Shown here one piece after another: positions 24,824 through 42,960 of a stretch of DNA of 64,000 bases (the first letter of the stretch is position 1; the number at the start of each line of letters is the position of its first letter). The DNA comes from the human T2T-CHM13v2.0 reference genome, Homo sapiens. The notes beneath the pieces were generated by a model that saw only the letters and a program-made list of their open reading frames with translations, ran no database searches and was not told the origin of the DNA. The stretch lies in the NCBI RefSeq assembly GCF_009914755.1, contig NC_060938.1. One strand, written 5' to 3'. A program made the translations under genes and the position numbers.

Positions 24824-26104
24824 GTGATTCAAACATAGGCTTAGCCGAAAACAAATTAATAGGCATTTTGATCATTGTCATAGTTAGCGGGTGGAATCCC
24901 CAAATTCCACTTGTGCCATTGAAATTGCAGCCTTTGAATGGGATGATAAAAGAGGGTTGGAAAGAAGAAGGGAGCCGTGATGGTTTTCTTCCACAGGCCT
25001 GTGGTGGCATTCCTCAGTGTTTCACTTCCAACCTCCTTGGAACCCATGCTTATCTTAGCTTCAGCCTCCAACACAGCCTTAACTGTAAGCCTAGTTCCCT
25101 GAGTCACTCTGAAATGTATTAGTCCATGAGGAAGGAGAACAGATTCTGTCTTCTACCTGTTTTCATAACTGTAGAAATGAACACAGTGCATGGCACTTGG
25201 TAGGTGCTCAGTGAATGTCCACTAAGCCAGTACGTACACACAAATACATGCAAAAGTTGAAAATCGCAATGCATTGTGTCTTTAAAAATAAAAAAGAGAA
25301 ATAGCCTGATCTTTTGGAACACATATGGGGCAGAGCCTGCTCAATGAAGCATGCACATTTTGGATTAAGAAATATGATTATCATTTGTCAGCTCTGATTT
25401 CTGCCTCTGGGCTGATAAGATGGTGTCCGAGGAGTCATTTTCACTCCTTTGCAGACACCAAAACAGAAGGGGTCTTTGCTGAAAGGTAGACTCTGACGTG
25501 ACAGTCATTAGTAGCTAGAAACAGGCAACTGATTGCAAAGTCAAGATGAAGTGCTTCAGTAAAAAGAACCTTCATGCTTGAGGCATACTCTTTGCTTCTT
25601 TGTTGAAGTTGTGGTAGATTTTTTTAAAAAACAATCACAATATAGTTTGCTATACTTTAAGTTTTTAACATCTCCACTGGGGAAAAATTGAAGGAGCTAA
25701 GTAAATTAGCTCATTGGATCATGAATTTATAGAAAAAAAATTAATATTGCCCTTTGTCGTTTCTGTTAGGAGTGTCACGGGTCAAAGCAGAGACAAGAGG
25801 CATGGAGAAGGAGCAGTGTGAGGGCCTCTCCGGGTCATTTCTCTGTCTGGCTTCTGATGCTATCTGCCCAACACAGTTTCTGAAAACATCAGAAACTCCC
25901 CAGTTTTGCCCAACATGCTTCCCCTACCTTGCACCTCTTAGTGCAGAGACATGTTCTGTGAGAATCCACCTGGTAAGACAGACAACATGGAGAGGAAGAT
26001 CTCAGAGACCTGGCTTCCTTTCCTGCCCTTCCCTTGCAGACAGAGTTTTACTTTGTGAAGTCTCCAGTTTCAGAATGAGAAACCTCTGTTAAGCAACCAG
26101 GCCT

Positions 26105-26205
26105 ATCACTGTAGGGATGAGAAAAGTGAAGTCCAGATAGGTGAAGCAACTTGTCCCAGGTCAACACAGCATGTCAGAGAAGCTGAGGCCAGCCAGTCTC
26201 CTGGG
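26105..26205 (-). mobile_element. MIR fragment
   Basis: gatgagaaaagtgaagtccagataggtgaagcaacttgtcccaggtcaacacagc. Confidence 0.6.
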
Positions 26206-26999
26206 TTCTCCCCCATGTTCTTCCTACTGCCCCTCTGCGGCTTCCATTTGTAAAGAGAGGATTGCTTCTCCTCACTCCTCTCGCACACTCTTGAGGCTAT
26301 TTCAGTGAATTGTGTCTATCTTTTTATATTTCCCATTTAAAAGAAAACCCACTCTATGGCATAATGGTTTCCAGTGTCCTGCTGTTTGGAAGAATGTTTT
26401 ACCTGCCTGTCAGTGCTGAGCTTTGAGCTCCTTGAAGAAGGACATTCTCGTGGCTGTGGCCCATCCAGGCAGAACCAGCCTAGCTGGCCAAGTGGTTTCT
26501 CTGCATCGTTTGGCTGTCAGATAAGGGCCACCTGCTTATTGATTGGCACAGTGACGCTTAAGTCCAAACATCCTCCCTAATGACACAGAACTTCATATTA
26601 AAGGATGTCAGGGAATTGATTTTGCTCTTCTTTAGGAACAAAAGATGTCAGAAGTTAGAAGGAACTGAACAGTCAGGAAAACGTAAGTCTCTATACCTTC
26701 CCATCACCCCATCCCTGACCCACAAGCCATGATCGGCCAGTGGAAGATAAATCTAACCAATCCCATGGGACAAAGGGAGAGAGCCCTGCACAGCAAGACA
26801 GCAGCAGTCATTGGGCAGAAATAAATCATGAGATGGTTGAGAATCTGATTCTCTGGGTCAATTTCTCTGCATCCTCCTCTGCCCTTTTAGGCCTGTGCTA
26901 AACTTTCCCTTTGATGCAAATGGTATTAAGTGCCTTGTGTCTGAAAAGGTTGTTGGCAGGCTTTGGTTGAGAACATAAAGATGAATCTTTGTTCTCTTG

Positions 27000-27110
27000 T
27001 CTATAAAATGGGGATATAATAATCTACCTCCTGTGAGAATTCAATAATTTTATAAGATAAAGCTCTTAGAGCAGTGCCTGGCCCAGAGTGGATACTCAAC
27101 TAATGTTAAC
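27000..27110 (+). mobile_element. MIR 3' part
   Basis: ctataaaatggggatataataatctacctc...gctcttagagcagtgcctggc. Confidence 0.65.
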
Positions 27111-27671
27111 TAAGAAAATGAAAATGAAAATCCAGGAATAGTCTCTGCCTGCAAAATGTTTTGAATGTAAGGAGGGAGATGAGACGCTGTGTATATATGC
27201 CTCTGTTCTGTATTTTTAATCAACTACTAAGGCCATAGAGAACAAAGAGTTACCCCTTTTTAAGGTAAAATAAATTATACTCATTGTCCAGCAAGGAAGA
27301 AATGAATTGAAAATCCTAGAGGCAGAAAAGTGCAGAGTTTGGAGACTACCAGGTGGCACTGAGACTAAAAGCTTTATTTGCCATGTTCAGCTCAAGATTT
27401 AATGGGTTGTATAGTGTAAGGGGCTAACTCCAGGATCTGCTGGAACTCACTCTGGGATCCACAGCAAACAAAGCACTAACCTTGGCATATGGCGCTGCGA
27501 GAAGTTTCCTAGGATCAGCCAGGCTCTGGGCCACTCACTGGGTTCATGCCTCTGAACATTACCTTCCAGGAGCTGCCCCCATTACTGAACCTAATACGCT
27601 ACTCAGAAGTTTTGTAACCAAGGTTTTCTAAAAGTCTGAGAAATAGAAGATGAACTTTAGATTTGATAAAC

Positions 27672-27785
27672 AGGGCTGTACACTGGAGTCAGGTAGAGGT
27701 GAGTAGGAATCCTGGCCTTGCCACTTACTAGCTGTTTGACCTTGGATAAATTGCTTAACCTTTCTAAGCCTCAATTTCAATGTCT
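27672..27785 (+). mobile_element. MIR core
   Basis: gccacttactagctgtttgaccttggataaattgcttaacctttctaagcctcaatttc. Confidence 0.75.
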
Positions 27786-28253
27786 TTATTAAATAACTTT
27801 TATGACCGGGAAATCAATTAAATAATTTATTTAAAATACTTAGGGCAGTATTGATCATGAAATAGATGTTCTGAAAATACTTATAATGATTTTGATCAGT
27901 TCCTGAGAGCCCACTTGTAATTTTCATTGGGTCTGTACTCTTGGGACTTCTCCAGAAACCATGACAAGGAATTTTAGAGAGTATTACCCGATATTGTAGT
28001 GGACTGTGCTCAAGAATCAAATACAACAATGTCAAAAATTTGTCTGACACAACAAAGAAATGGACTACCTGAAATAGTATATATAGTCCCTAAGAGTTTT
28101 AAAATAGATGGTGGATGGTAATAAATTGAATTTCTGCGTTCTTAGAAAGGGTGATTCAGAGATACCCCAATTCTAAGAGTCACTGACACTGAATGTCAAG
28201 TATTTTTTGTGGCTTCAGAAATTTCTGATAAATGCATTTTTTCAGAGTGTTGT

Positions 28254-28988
28254 TGTATCATAACTTTGCTGTAGAGCAAACCACTTCAAACTTAGTGATC
28301 TATAAAAATAAACATTTATGGCCGGGCGTGGTGGCTCACGCCTGTAATCCCAGCACTTTGGGAGGCCAAGGTGGGCAGATCACAAGGTCAGGAGATCGAG
28401 ACCATCCTGGCTAACATGGTGAAACCCTGTCTCTACTAAAAATACAAAAAATTAGCCAGGCGTGGTGGCAGGCGCCTGTAGTCCCCAGCTACTCAGGAAG
28501 CTGAGGCAGGAGAGTGGCATGAACCTGGGAGGTAGAGCTTGCAGTGAGCCTAGATCACGCCACTGCACTCCAGCCTGGGTGAAGAGTGAGACTCCGTCTC
28601 AAAAAATATATATAAAATAAAAAATAAATAAACTTTTATTGCTTGCTCATGAGTCTATAGGCCAGCTTAGGTTTGGCTGATCTAGCAATGGGTTCAGTAC
28701 CATTTGCTCCAGATGTCTCTCATCTTCCTTGAAATAACAACTATTCTGAGGCGTGTTCTTCTCATGGTAAGAGGGCAAGAGAAGGGAGTAACTACAGCCA
28801 TGCAGGTACATAGCAAGTCCCTGTTCATATCACATTCAATAACACCCCAGTAGCCAGGCAAATCATATGGCCAAACCCGAAAGGGAAAAGGTAGACACTG
28901 CTCACTATGAGGCCAAGGCAAGTATTCAGGTGTATATTAATACCATGGGGGAGTCAGGAACTGGGGGGCAATAATTCCTTCTTCCACA
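28254..28988 (-). mobile_element. Old MLT1 (G/H-like) LTR interrupted by an AluY
   Basis: tgtatc...aaaccacttcaaacttagtg [Alu] ttgctcatgagtctat...aatcatatggccaaacc...ttccaca. Confidence 0.6.
28320..28625 (+). mobile_element. AluY
   Basis: ggtcaggagatcgagaccatcctggctaac, gagcttgcagtgag. TSD aaataaac(a/t)tttat. Confidence 0.92.
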
Positions 28989-29749
28989 CCTGTGATGTTG
29001 CAGACTGTTGCTGGAGTGTAGTCTTCTTTCTGTTAGTTGAGGGGATTGTTTTTTTGATCTAGCTGTAACCCCTGATGAGTGATGTACCTCTTAGTAAATT
29101 GTGGGCAAACATAAGGAAAAAGGACCTCTTTAGTAAATGAGCCTTCTAAGATTCAGTCGTGTGGTGAAATAACTAAACTGAGTGGAGGACAAAGAAGTCA
29201 CAGAACCAATCCTTCAAATCCAGCCCGCAGCAGCAGAGGTGTAAACAGTTACTATCTAATGTCCACTCCGGGGTCTACCTGAATTGAATTGTTGGTTTCC
29301 TTCCAATTCTCAATGATTTTCTGGCCATTTTCATAGAAACCATCAATGTAACTGATACTTCTGGTTTCAAATAATATGCTAGATCAAAAGCATAAATTAC
29401 CTTGAAAATGTGACCATTTTTCTAGCTCTCCTTGGCTATCAATAAATAATACTCAAATTGCTCTAAATTGTTGGATTGAGTTTAGGAGACAAAGGCCAGC
29501 AGTAACTGAGATGATTAACATGAATTGGGATAAAACTCCCTCTTCAGTTTTCATCTAACAGAATGCAGGTCTTCAGAGAATGATTGTCTTTTCTAGCATA
29601 ATACTCATCTACCTCCTGAAGGGCTGGGAGCTTAGAATTCTTTCTCACTCTCAGTACTTCTTAGAGAAACCCAGAAGAGTCCAGTGAGAATGGTTTCCCT
29701 GTTTGGCTGATTTTCTGGGAGGCAGAATGGCTCAGGGGTTAGATGCCAT

Positions 29750-30365
29750 TCTGGGATCTATGGCTGGATTCAAACTTGGCTGCACACCTGGGTAGCTGTG
29801 TGACCCTGCGAAAGTTGCAAAGGTTGGTTAACCTCTGCAGTTGTCCCTGATGTTGATCACAGATCTTCAGTTCCCCTTTCCTCCTGTCACCCAGAGGACT
29901 GAGTCCCTGGCTCCTTTGTGGTTGGGTGGTGCTATGTGACCAGTTCTGGCCAAGGATTGTGAGCAAACATGCTCTATGTAACTTCTGGATTACACTATTT
30001 AATACCCAGTGAGAAACTCTCCAGAATTCTCTCTTGTCCCCCTGGCACATTGACCAGCAACATGCAAGGTGATGTAACTCCAATGAGTAGGGTTCCCTTG
30101 TTGACCTACACTAGACATGTAGCATGACAGAGAAATAACCTTTGTGCTAAGCCACTGACATTTGGGGGGTTATTTGCTGCCATAACTTAATCCACCCTAC
30201 CCTGATTGATGCACCTCACTATATCTTTGTTTCTTTATGTGAAAAAATGGAGATAATAGTAGAATCTATTTCATCAAGTAATTATGAGGACTAAACAGGA
30301 TAATGTGTGTATAATACTTAGAATAGTACCTAGCACATAATAAATTTTTAATATATTTTAGCTAT
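29750..30365 (+). mobile_element. MIR split by an MLT1I-like LTR (~29836-30212)
   Basis: MIR core agctgtgtgacc before the LTR; aaaatggagataatagta...cctagcacataataa after it. LTR with gtgaccagttctggccaa...gctaagccactgacatttggggg. Confidence 0.6.
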
Positions 30366-31107
30366 TTATGATGATGATGATGATGTTATGCCGTGCTCTA
30401 ACTTTGCCTCTAACAAGTTATCTATTTCTATCAAACAAGTTATTAGTCATGTGTCTTCAAGAAAATCACTTATCATCAAGTTGCAATCATAGTATGTTAG
30501 AATAAGTGAGCTGTAAGACTAATTTCTAGCCTTATGATGTGAGCCTCTATTAAGAACTCACTCAGAGACTCCATCCTGGTGTTTCAAAGATATTTCTATT
30601 GGTTAGGAAAATAAAACGTGATAATACTAAACATTATTTTCTCCCCTTCAGTTGCTCTCCCTTCCCCAAACAAAAAGATGTATCCTTATTACAGAATTCT
30701 TTCTGTATCCTGTTCTGAAGATTTCTGCTCAGGAAATTACTCTGGCTCGTAAATTATTAACTACAAATTGGTTTTCCGGTTTAGGCACCTACACCCTCAT
30801 CAGTCCATCCCCATTCTCTGTTCTGTTTTCACCAGTAGGATGTCAACAGTCCACTATGATCTTTTTTCCTGATAGCATGGTCTTACCAAAAGGAGAAGTT
30901 CCTGTCCTTGACCACCTTAGTCCAGGCTAAAATAGCTATCCACATACCACCACTCATGACCACTGAGACCTGTTTTCCAACTTCTTCAGATCAGAGCTTT
31001 CCATATCTGGTTTTTCTCTCATGTTACTCTAGATGTATCCTTCTCTAGTCCCAAAGGTAGCCCTGTCTGCAATTCCCAATAGCAGCATGTTAATCTATGT
31101 TAACATA

Positions 31108-31184
31108 TTATATTGAACCATAAGAAATTGCCTTTGTGGAAGGGGTGGGGGTTGAATATAGAAATTTCATATGGTTCAACCTAT
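31108..31184. mobile_element. MADE2 mariner MITE (~80 bp)
   Basis: Terminal inverted repeats ttgaaccataagaaatt ... aatttcatatggttcaac. Confidence 0.75.
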
Positions 31185-31279
31185 ATGTAAACCCAATTTG
31201 GAAAAGAAGGAGACTGTGATCACATACCTATTAAATTACATGTTGGATCCCATCAAGAATCCTAATGTATTTCTTCCTC

Positions 31280-31405
31280 CATACCTTGTTGAACTGGGAT
31301 CTTGTTCCAGGACATGACTTATGCTCTGTATATAACCTTCAGACCTCCCTATACCCAGCACTTGGTAGATAGCAGATACTGATGCTGTATTTATTGACCA
31401 ACTAG
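31280..31405 (+). mobile_element. L2 3' end
   Basis: cccagcacttggtagatagcagatactgatg...tatttattgacc. Confidence 0.45.
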
Positions 31406-31498
31406 ATGGGAGCTTTTTGTGATATCTATTGTTGACATCCATGTTTATACATTTGGGCTGTTTAAAAAGGTACCATTTATAATTACATTATGGGAGAA

Positions 31499-31529
31499 AA
31501 TAACACTTCTTTTCTTTAACCTCTTTCAG
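31499..31529 (+). promoter_or_regulatory. 3' splice site of the RGS6 exon (candidate branch point, polypyrimidine tract, AG)
   Basis: aataacacttcttttctttaacctctttcag lies immediately before the exon. Confidence 0.8.
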
Positions 31530-31629
31530 ATTGAAGACATCATTACAAAGATGCAAGATGACAAGACAGGGGGTGTGCCCATCAGAACAGTCAAGAGCTT
31601 TCTCTCCAAAATCCCCAGTGTCGTCACAG
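31530..31629 (+). CDS. RGS6: Internal coding exon of RGS6 (residues ~29-62, start of DEP domain; probably exon 3)
   Basis: Translates [33 protein letters not shown](G), matching the RGS6 N-terminus as I recall it. Polypyrimidine tract plus TTTCAG acceptor ends at 31529. Donor is CAG|GTAACA at 31630. Length 100 nt, phase 0 in, phase 1 out. Confidence 0.95.
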
Positions 31630-32429
31630 GTAACACCCTCCTTGCAAGGTGTTGGTAACAGTCAGAACTACCAAAGAGTTATAAGTCTAGATTGCGGCCT
31701 GAGGGGTGTCTGAAGATCTGTGAATAGTAAAAATGAAACATTCAGTGTGTTTCTTGACTCAGGTCCCATCCTAGTCTTAGTTTCCAGGAAGAAGCTACTT
31801 GTTGCCCATCATTAAGAATGACCTTACCATGACCAGCCCTTCAAGTGCATGTAGATTGAGGCTGCTGGGAATAAATAAACCCATTAATAAAGTGGCGCAT
31901 CAGCAACTTTGCCTGTGGGATACACACAAGCACAGAAATATTAAAGAAATTAAACAGGTTTTTAAGAAAGTGTTATATTCAAATTCTACAAAATGCTTTT
32001 ATTTTCAGTTTTTTAACTCAGTGTACTTGACCTCCTGAAAGAGAGGTTTTAAACTATTTTTCTTCATTCCTTATATTGTGCTTTGTGTGCTCATCTTTCT
32101 TTTAAAATATTTTATTGTGAAATATATTAAAACACATGGGTAGTTCAAAAATAATAAAACACAGTACATGTACCTACCATCCTGCCTTATAAAGAACATT
32201 ATTATCAATATCTTAGAGCCCCCTTGGGTACCTACTGTATTGCATCCACTTCCCTAAACACTATCTGCTTGTATACTAATCAATTCATTGTTTTTCTTCA
32301 TAGTTTTACTACCTAGGTATGTATCTTTTGCTATCCAAACAAGTAACCAAATAAATTAAGATAAAATTTTAGATGATTCTCTTAATCTGCCTATATGCTT
32401 TTCAAAATTCGGGAACCAAAGGACTTAGT

Positions 32430-33512
<1,083 letters not shown>

Positions 33513-33577
33513 GTAGACCCAGTTGAAGTAAGTATCCCAGCTCATTATTGAGACTGTCACTCTTTGAACTCAGGTAC

Positions 33578-34232
<655 letters not shown>

Positions 34233-34595
34233 AGCCCAGATAGATTTGGGTAATGAAGGATACTTGTATTGTTAGTGTTCTCTAATTTTAAAATTTATGT
34301 AAATGAAATTTTACTATATATATTATTCATGTATAATATACAGTATAATATAGACTATGTATGTAATTTTACTATATTATTTTTCACATTCCTGGATTTT
34401 GTTCAATAATGTTTAAGATGTTTGTATCTATTTCACAGGCCACACTGATCTGTTGTTTTTCTTACCATTGTTGCTGGTTTGGGTATCAAATTTATGCTAG
34501 CCTCATAAATGAGCCATGAAGTATCTCTCTTTTCTTGATATCCTGCTTTTCTTTGAAAAATAATTGTCCCTTTAATCCAGGTTTTAAGTATGTAA

Positions 34596-34895
<300 letters not shown>

Positions 34896-35568
34896 CTCTG
34901 GTTCTTTTTACAATATACTTGGTCATTCATTTTTTTAAATTTATTCATTTAGATATTTATTGAGTGTTCACTATTTTCTAAGCATTGTTAAGGACTTGAG
35001 ATTCAGAAGTAAATGAAACAGATAAAAAGTTCTACCCTCATGGAATTTATATTCTAGTAGAGGAGGAAATAAGTAAGGAAAACTTGCAGAATTTTAGATT
35101 GTGATAAAGGCCAAGGAGAAAAATAAAATACACAAAAGGATGGGAAGTGTTGGAGTGTTGCAGCTTTGGAATAGGTGCTCAAGAAAGAGCTCCTCGAGAA
35201 GATGACATTTGAGTAAAGACGGAAAGGAGATGAGGGATTGAATCATATGGATATTGAGGGAGAGAGCATGCCAGACAGCCAGAGCTCAGTGCCCAAGGCA
35301 AGAGAGTTCCTGGAACATTGAGGATCTGTGAGGAGGAGCCAGGGCAGCTATAATAGAGTCAAGAAAATAAGGAGAGTGGGGATGAAGCCACGTGAGAATG
35401 GTGAGCTTGATCACTTAGCCTCTTATCACTGCAGGATTTTGCACATGGCCTGACATGCTCTGACTTACCTTTCAATGAGATCACTCTATTATATTCAGAA
35501 TTCCCTGGGGGATTGAGGGGTTAGGTGCCAGATAGGAGGCTATTATTAAAATGGTGCCTCAGACTAGG

Positions 35569-35933
35569 TGATATGGTTTCACTCTGTGTCCCTACCCAAA
35601 TCGCATCTCAAATTATAATCCCCACATGGCAAGGGAGGGACCTGGTGGTAGGTGATTAGCTCATGGGGAAGGTTCTCCCGTGCTGTTCTCATAATAGCGA
35701 GTGAGTTCTCACAAGATCTGATGGTTTAAAAGTGTGGCACTTCCCCCTGCTCTCTCTCTCTCCTGCCGCTATGTAAGACATGCCTTTTTTCCCCTTTACC
35801 TTCTGCCAGGATTGTAAGTTTCCTGAGGCCTCCGCAGCCATGTAATTAACTGTGAGTCAATTAAGCTTCTTTCCTTTATAAATTACCCAGTCTCAGATCA
35901 TTCTTTATAACAGTGTGAAAATGGACTAATACA
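35569..35933 (+). mobile_element. MSTA/THE1D-like solo LTR
   Basis: tgatatggtttcactctgtgtcc...ggactaataca. TSD ctagg/ctaag. Confidence 0.88.
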
Positions 35934-35995
35934 CTAAGCTATCAGCACTGGAGATGTGTGAAGTAGTCAGATTCGGATTCAAGTCTGAAGGTAGA

Positions 35996-38662
<2,667 letters not shown>

Positions 38663-39674
38663 GTAGAACAGATATTATTAGCGGATAGATCAGATATGGA
38701 ATGTGAGAGGAAAAAAAGGAATTAGCCATGATCCACACTTTTTGGCTTCAGCAACTGGAAAAATGGAGTTGCTATTAATTTCAATGAGGAATACTATAAT
38801 AGGGGTGCCAGGGGTTGGGGTGGGGGGCAGTTGTTAGCTGAAGGGTAAGAAATCAAAACACAAATTTTAGGTCAAGTTTTAGCGACCTATTAGACATTCA
38901 GTTGGAGATGACAAGTAAGTATTCCAGTATGTGGATTTGGATTTTAAGGGAGTGTCTGTGCTGGGTTCATAAGCCATCAGCATGTAGACAGTATTTAGAG
39001 CCATAGGAATAATGAGGTCACCAAGGGAGTGAGTGTAGATAGAACACACAGTCCAATTCCTAAAACACAGGGTACTCCAATCTATAGATGTGAGGGAGAG
39101 AATAAGAAAACAGCAAAAGAAATAGAACAAGTGGCTGGAGACAAGGAGGAAAAATCAAGAGGATATAATTTCTTGGACACCAATTTTTCTAGAAAGTGTT
39201 TTAAGGAAGAGTAGAGTGACCTACTATAGCTATGCTGAGAAGCTAAGGGCTGAGAATTGATCATTGCCTTTAGCAATGCTGAATTCATTGCTGACCTTGG
39301 TAAGTGCACATTCTGTGAAACATTGGGAGCAAAAATCCTTATTGGGTGTGTCCAACCTGAGATGAGGAGAGTGATTCGAGGTGCTAAGACAGTTAATCTT
39401 GGAAGGAGTTTCCCTTGTAAAATGAAGAAATGCAGTCATATCTAGAGGGGTACGTTAGGTCAGAACAGGTAGATTTTTAATTTAATAAAAAGATAATATG
39501 TTTGTATTATAGAAATGACTCAGTGGGGGTGGGGGAGATGATGTAGGAGAATGGGAAAACTTCAAGGAGTTATATCAAAGAATAGGTAAGAGAGGATTGA
39601 ATTTAACATGCATATTGGTGAGTAGTTTCAGCTAGAAACACATACAATTTATTCATAGAAAGAAGAAAGGAGGC

Positions 39675-40126
<452 letters not shown>

Positions 40127-40210
40127 TCAAGGAGAGATCATAAGTTATAAATTAGTCAACTAGGAAAGTAGAGATTGACTGGACTAGGGAAATAGAACTT
40201 TGATTGTGAC

Positions 40211-40594
40211 TGATATGGTTTGGCTCTGTGTCCCCACTCTGATTTCATCTCAAATTGTAATCCCCATAATCCGCACATGTCGAGGGAGATACCTGGTAAG
40301 AGGTGATTGGATCGTGGGGGTGGTTTCCTCCATGCTATTCTCATGATAGTGAGCAAGCTCTCACGAGGTCTGATGGTTTTTATAAGTGTTTGACAGTTTC
40401 TTCTTCACAGACTCTCTTGCCTGCTGCCATTTAAGACATGCGTGCTTCCCTTTTCGCCATGATTGTAAGTTTCCTGAGGTCTCCCTAGCCATACGGAACT
40501 GTGATTCAATCAAACCTCTTTTTTTTTTTTTTTTTTTCATAAATTACCCAGTCTTGGGTATATCCTTATAGCAGTGTGAGAATGTACTAATACA
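40211..40594 (+). mobile_element. MSTA/THE1D-like solo LTR
   Basis: tgatatggtttggctctgtgtcccc...tactaataca. Perfect TSD GTGAC. Confidence 0.9.
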
Positions 40595-41770
40595 GTGACC
40601 TTCTTAGGATGATTAATATTTTTGAATTTAAAGACAGGTAATTTTTTTCCCCATCCACATTTAGCTCTGTGGATTTGGGCATGCCTCAGGTAGAAAGTGG
40701 ACTTAATTGATGTTATAGCAAGTTTGAGGTTATAATAGATCAAGACAGAGGCACAGTAACTAAAATGATTGCCCATTACATTTAATTGAGTAAGGATGAA
40801 AACAAGAACATGAGATGGATGAGGAACCATGAAGAGTAGTAATTACCACAAATTGTAAGTCAAGTGGCAAAGAAATTTTGGAGTTTTCAGAGGCAAGAGT
40901 AAGAGAGCTGAAAATATAGTAGATGGTGATTAGATGGTGGCATGTTTGAAATTGAGATTCTGGAAAGATTGTGATTATTGGCAGGGACAATAATATAAGA
41001 TATAACCATAGGAACAAGGCATTGAAATGGGATAAAGTGTAAGATTTTTGGAGGAGAGGAGGTTAAGGAACTGAGAGGCCATGATACTGGAAGACTGAGC
41101 TGTGTGAATATTGAAATCACTACTGGGGGAGTGTTAGAGAAGGTGGTTGTGAGTTAAAATCTTTATGGAATGAGAAGCAAAGGACCAGGGATCAGCAGAT
41201 GACTTTCACAATAAGAGGTACAGGTGGTTTAATCAGATGGTATGGGAGTCAAAGCTGAGTGTGTTTTAGAGAAGAGGGAGGGGATGAAGGTGATCTGAAA
41301 GCAGCAGTTAGTAGCAGGACAGTCACTTATCTACCTGTAAACCCCATGGTATATAAAGTGTGGGAGGGAAAATAGCCACCACGTAAGAGGGCTGCAGGGA
41401 AGCAGGACCACTGGGGAAGAATGAGAAGATGAAAGGAATATTAACTGATTTTATTTATGATTCATCATGAGTCCAAGAGGGCAAGTGGAAGGGTTTCAGG
41501 AGGAGATGGTGAGTTTATGACTTGAGTAATAAATGCCTGCTGTTGCTATGTGCCAGGCTCTAGAGTAGTCACAGACGATATAAAGATGAACAAAGACTTG
41601 ACCCCTGCTCTTAAAAAGCTATTAATCTAGTGAGAGAAACAGACACAGGTAGATCAATGATTTATATGAGCTATGTGCCATAATAGAAGAATGGACAAAA
41701 TGCTGTTTGAGTCCAGGAGAGAGAATCATGAATTTTTATTGGGTATGTCTAGAATATTTCTCTGAGAAGG

Positions 41771-42306
41771 TATATCAGTTATCTATTTCTGTATAACAAA
41801 CCCACAAACTATAATTGCTTACAACTACAGTGATTTATTGTTTCTTATGATTATGATTCCATGAACCGGCAATCTGGGCAGTTCTGCTGGTCTCAGCCAT
41901 GAGGCCATAGTCATCTGATGGCTCAACTGAGGCTGGAGGGTCTACAGTGGCCTCACTCATTTGTTTGGCCTTGGTGCTTACTCTTAAACTCTTAACTGGG
42001 GTCTCAGTTCTTCTCCATGTCACCTTGTATCTGCCAATAGGTTAGATTGGGCTTCTTCACAGCCTCTTGGTCTTAGGGTTCCAAGCAGGACAGGATAAAA
42101 ACTGCAAGACCTCTTAGGGCCTAGGCTCCAGAACTCATACAATGTCAAGTGTGCCACGTCACGTTCTTCAAGGCAAATTACAAGGCAAAGTCTGGATTGA
42201 AGAGGATGGAGAAACCAACTCCACCTCCTGGTGTAGGAGTGGCAACATCATGTTGACATTGGGAGACACGATTCATTGGAGGGCATTACCATAACAATCT
42301 ACCACA
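41771..42306 (-). mobile_element. Old MLT1 (G/H-like) LTR
   Basis: tatatcagttatctatttctgtataacaaaccc...caatctaccaca. Confidence 0.65.
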
Positions 42307-42814
42307 GACAATAATTGAGAACCGGACCTTAAACATAAGTGGAAACCCAGGAAAAGTCATTCCACGTAGAGAAAATAGAATTTTCATAGCCTCAAATACA
42401 TGACAAACATGCCAGGTTTCAGTAAGTATAAGCTTGTTTGTGTGGTTGGAGTTTAAAACACATTTATGTGTGTATGTATTTGAGAAGAGGAGCATATTGG
42501 CAGAACAGCCACAGGAATGAAAAGGATACAAGAATTACACCTAATAATATATTATAAAGGAAAGCTGACTTGTAGACTTTGTTCCAAAGGTGGGGCTGCT
42601 TTTATCTCAAAGGTAACCCATCTACCCTGCTCAGATGGACTGCCGTCAGAGGTTTTAAATATGAGGGAATTCACATCCATGAAGTGGATGGAAGTTTAAG
42701 CAGGAAGAAATGAGGAGTGTGGAGACTAGTTATGGAGTCTAGATGAGGGAATGTATGTGAGAAATAAGGCCATATTAACGACAACCACAGCATCAACTGA
42801 AACCATGGCTGTAC

Positions 42815-42960
42815 AGCCACGCATCATTAAATACTTATAAAAACCCCATGAGATAGAAACCGTTATTATCTCTACCAAGTAATGGAGGAAACTGCTAATT
42901 CAAGAGTAACTTTTCCAAGGTCACACCACTAGTAAATAGCAGGATCTGTTCCTCTGGGCC
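42815..42960 (-). mobile_element. MIR
   Basis: aaccccatgagatagaaaccgttattatc...gtaacttttccaaggtcacaccactagtaaat. Confidence 0.65.

Noticed and set aside
31419-31658. 79-aa ORF as a standalone gene
   Set aside because: Only 31530-31629 is RGS6 exon; the flanks are intron read-through.
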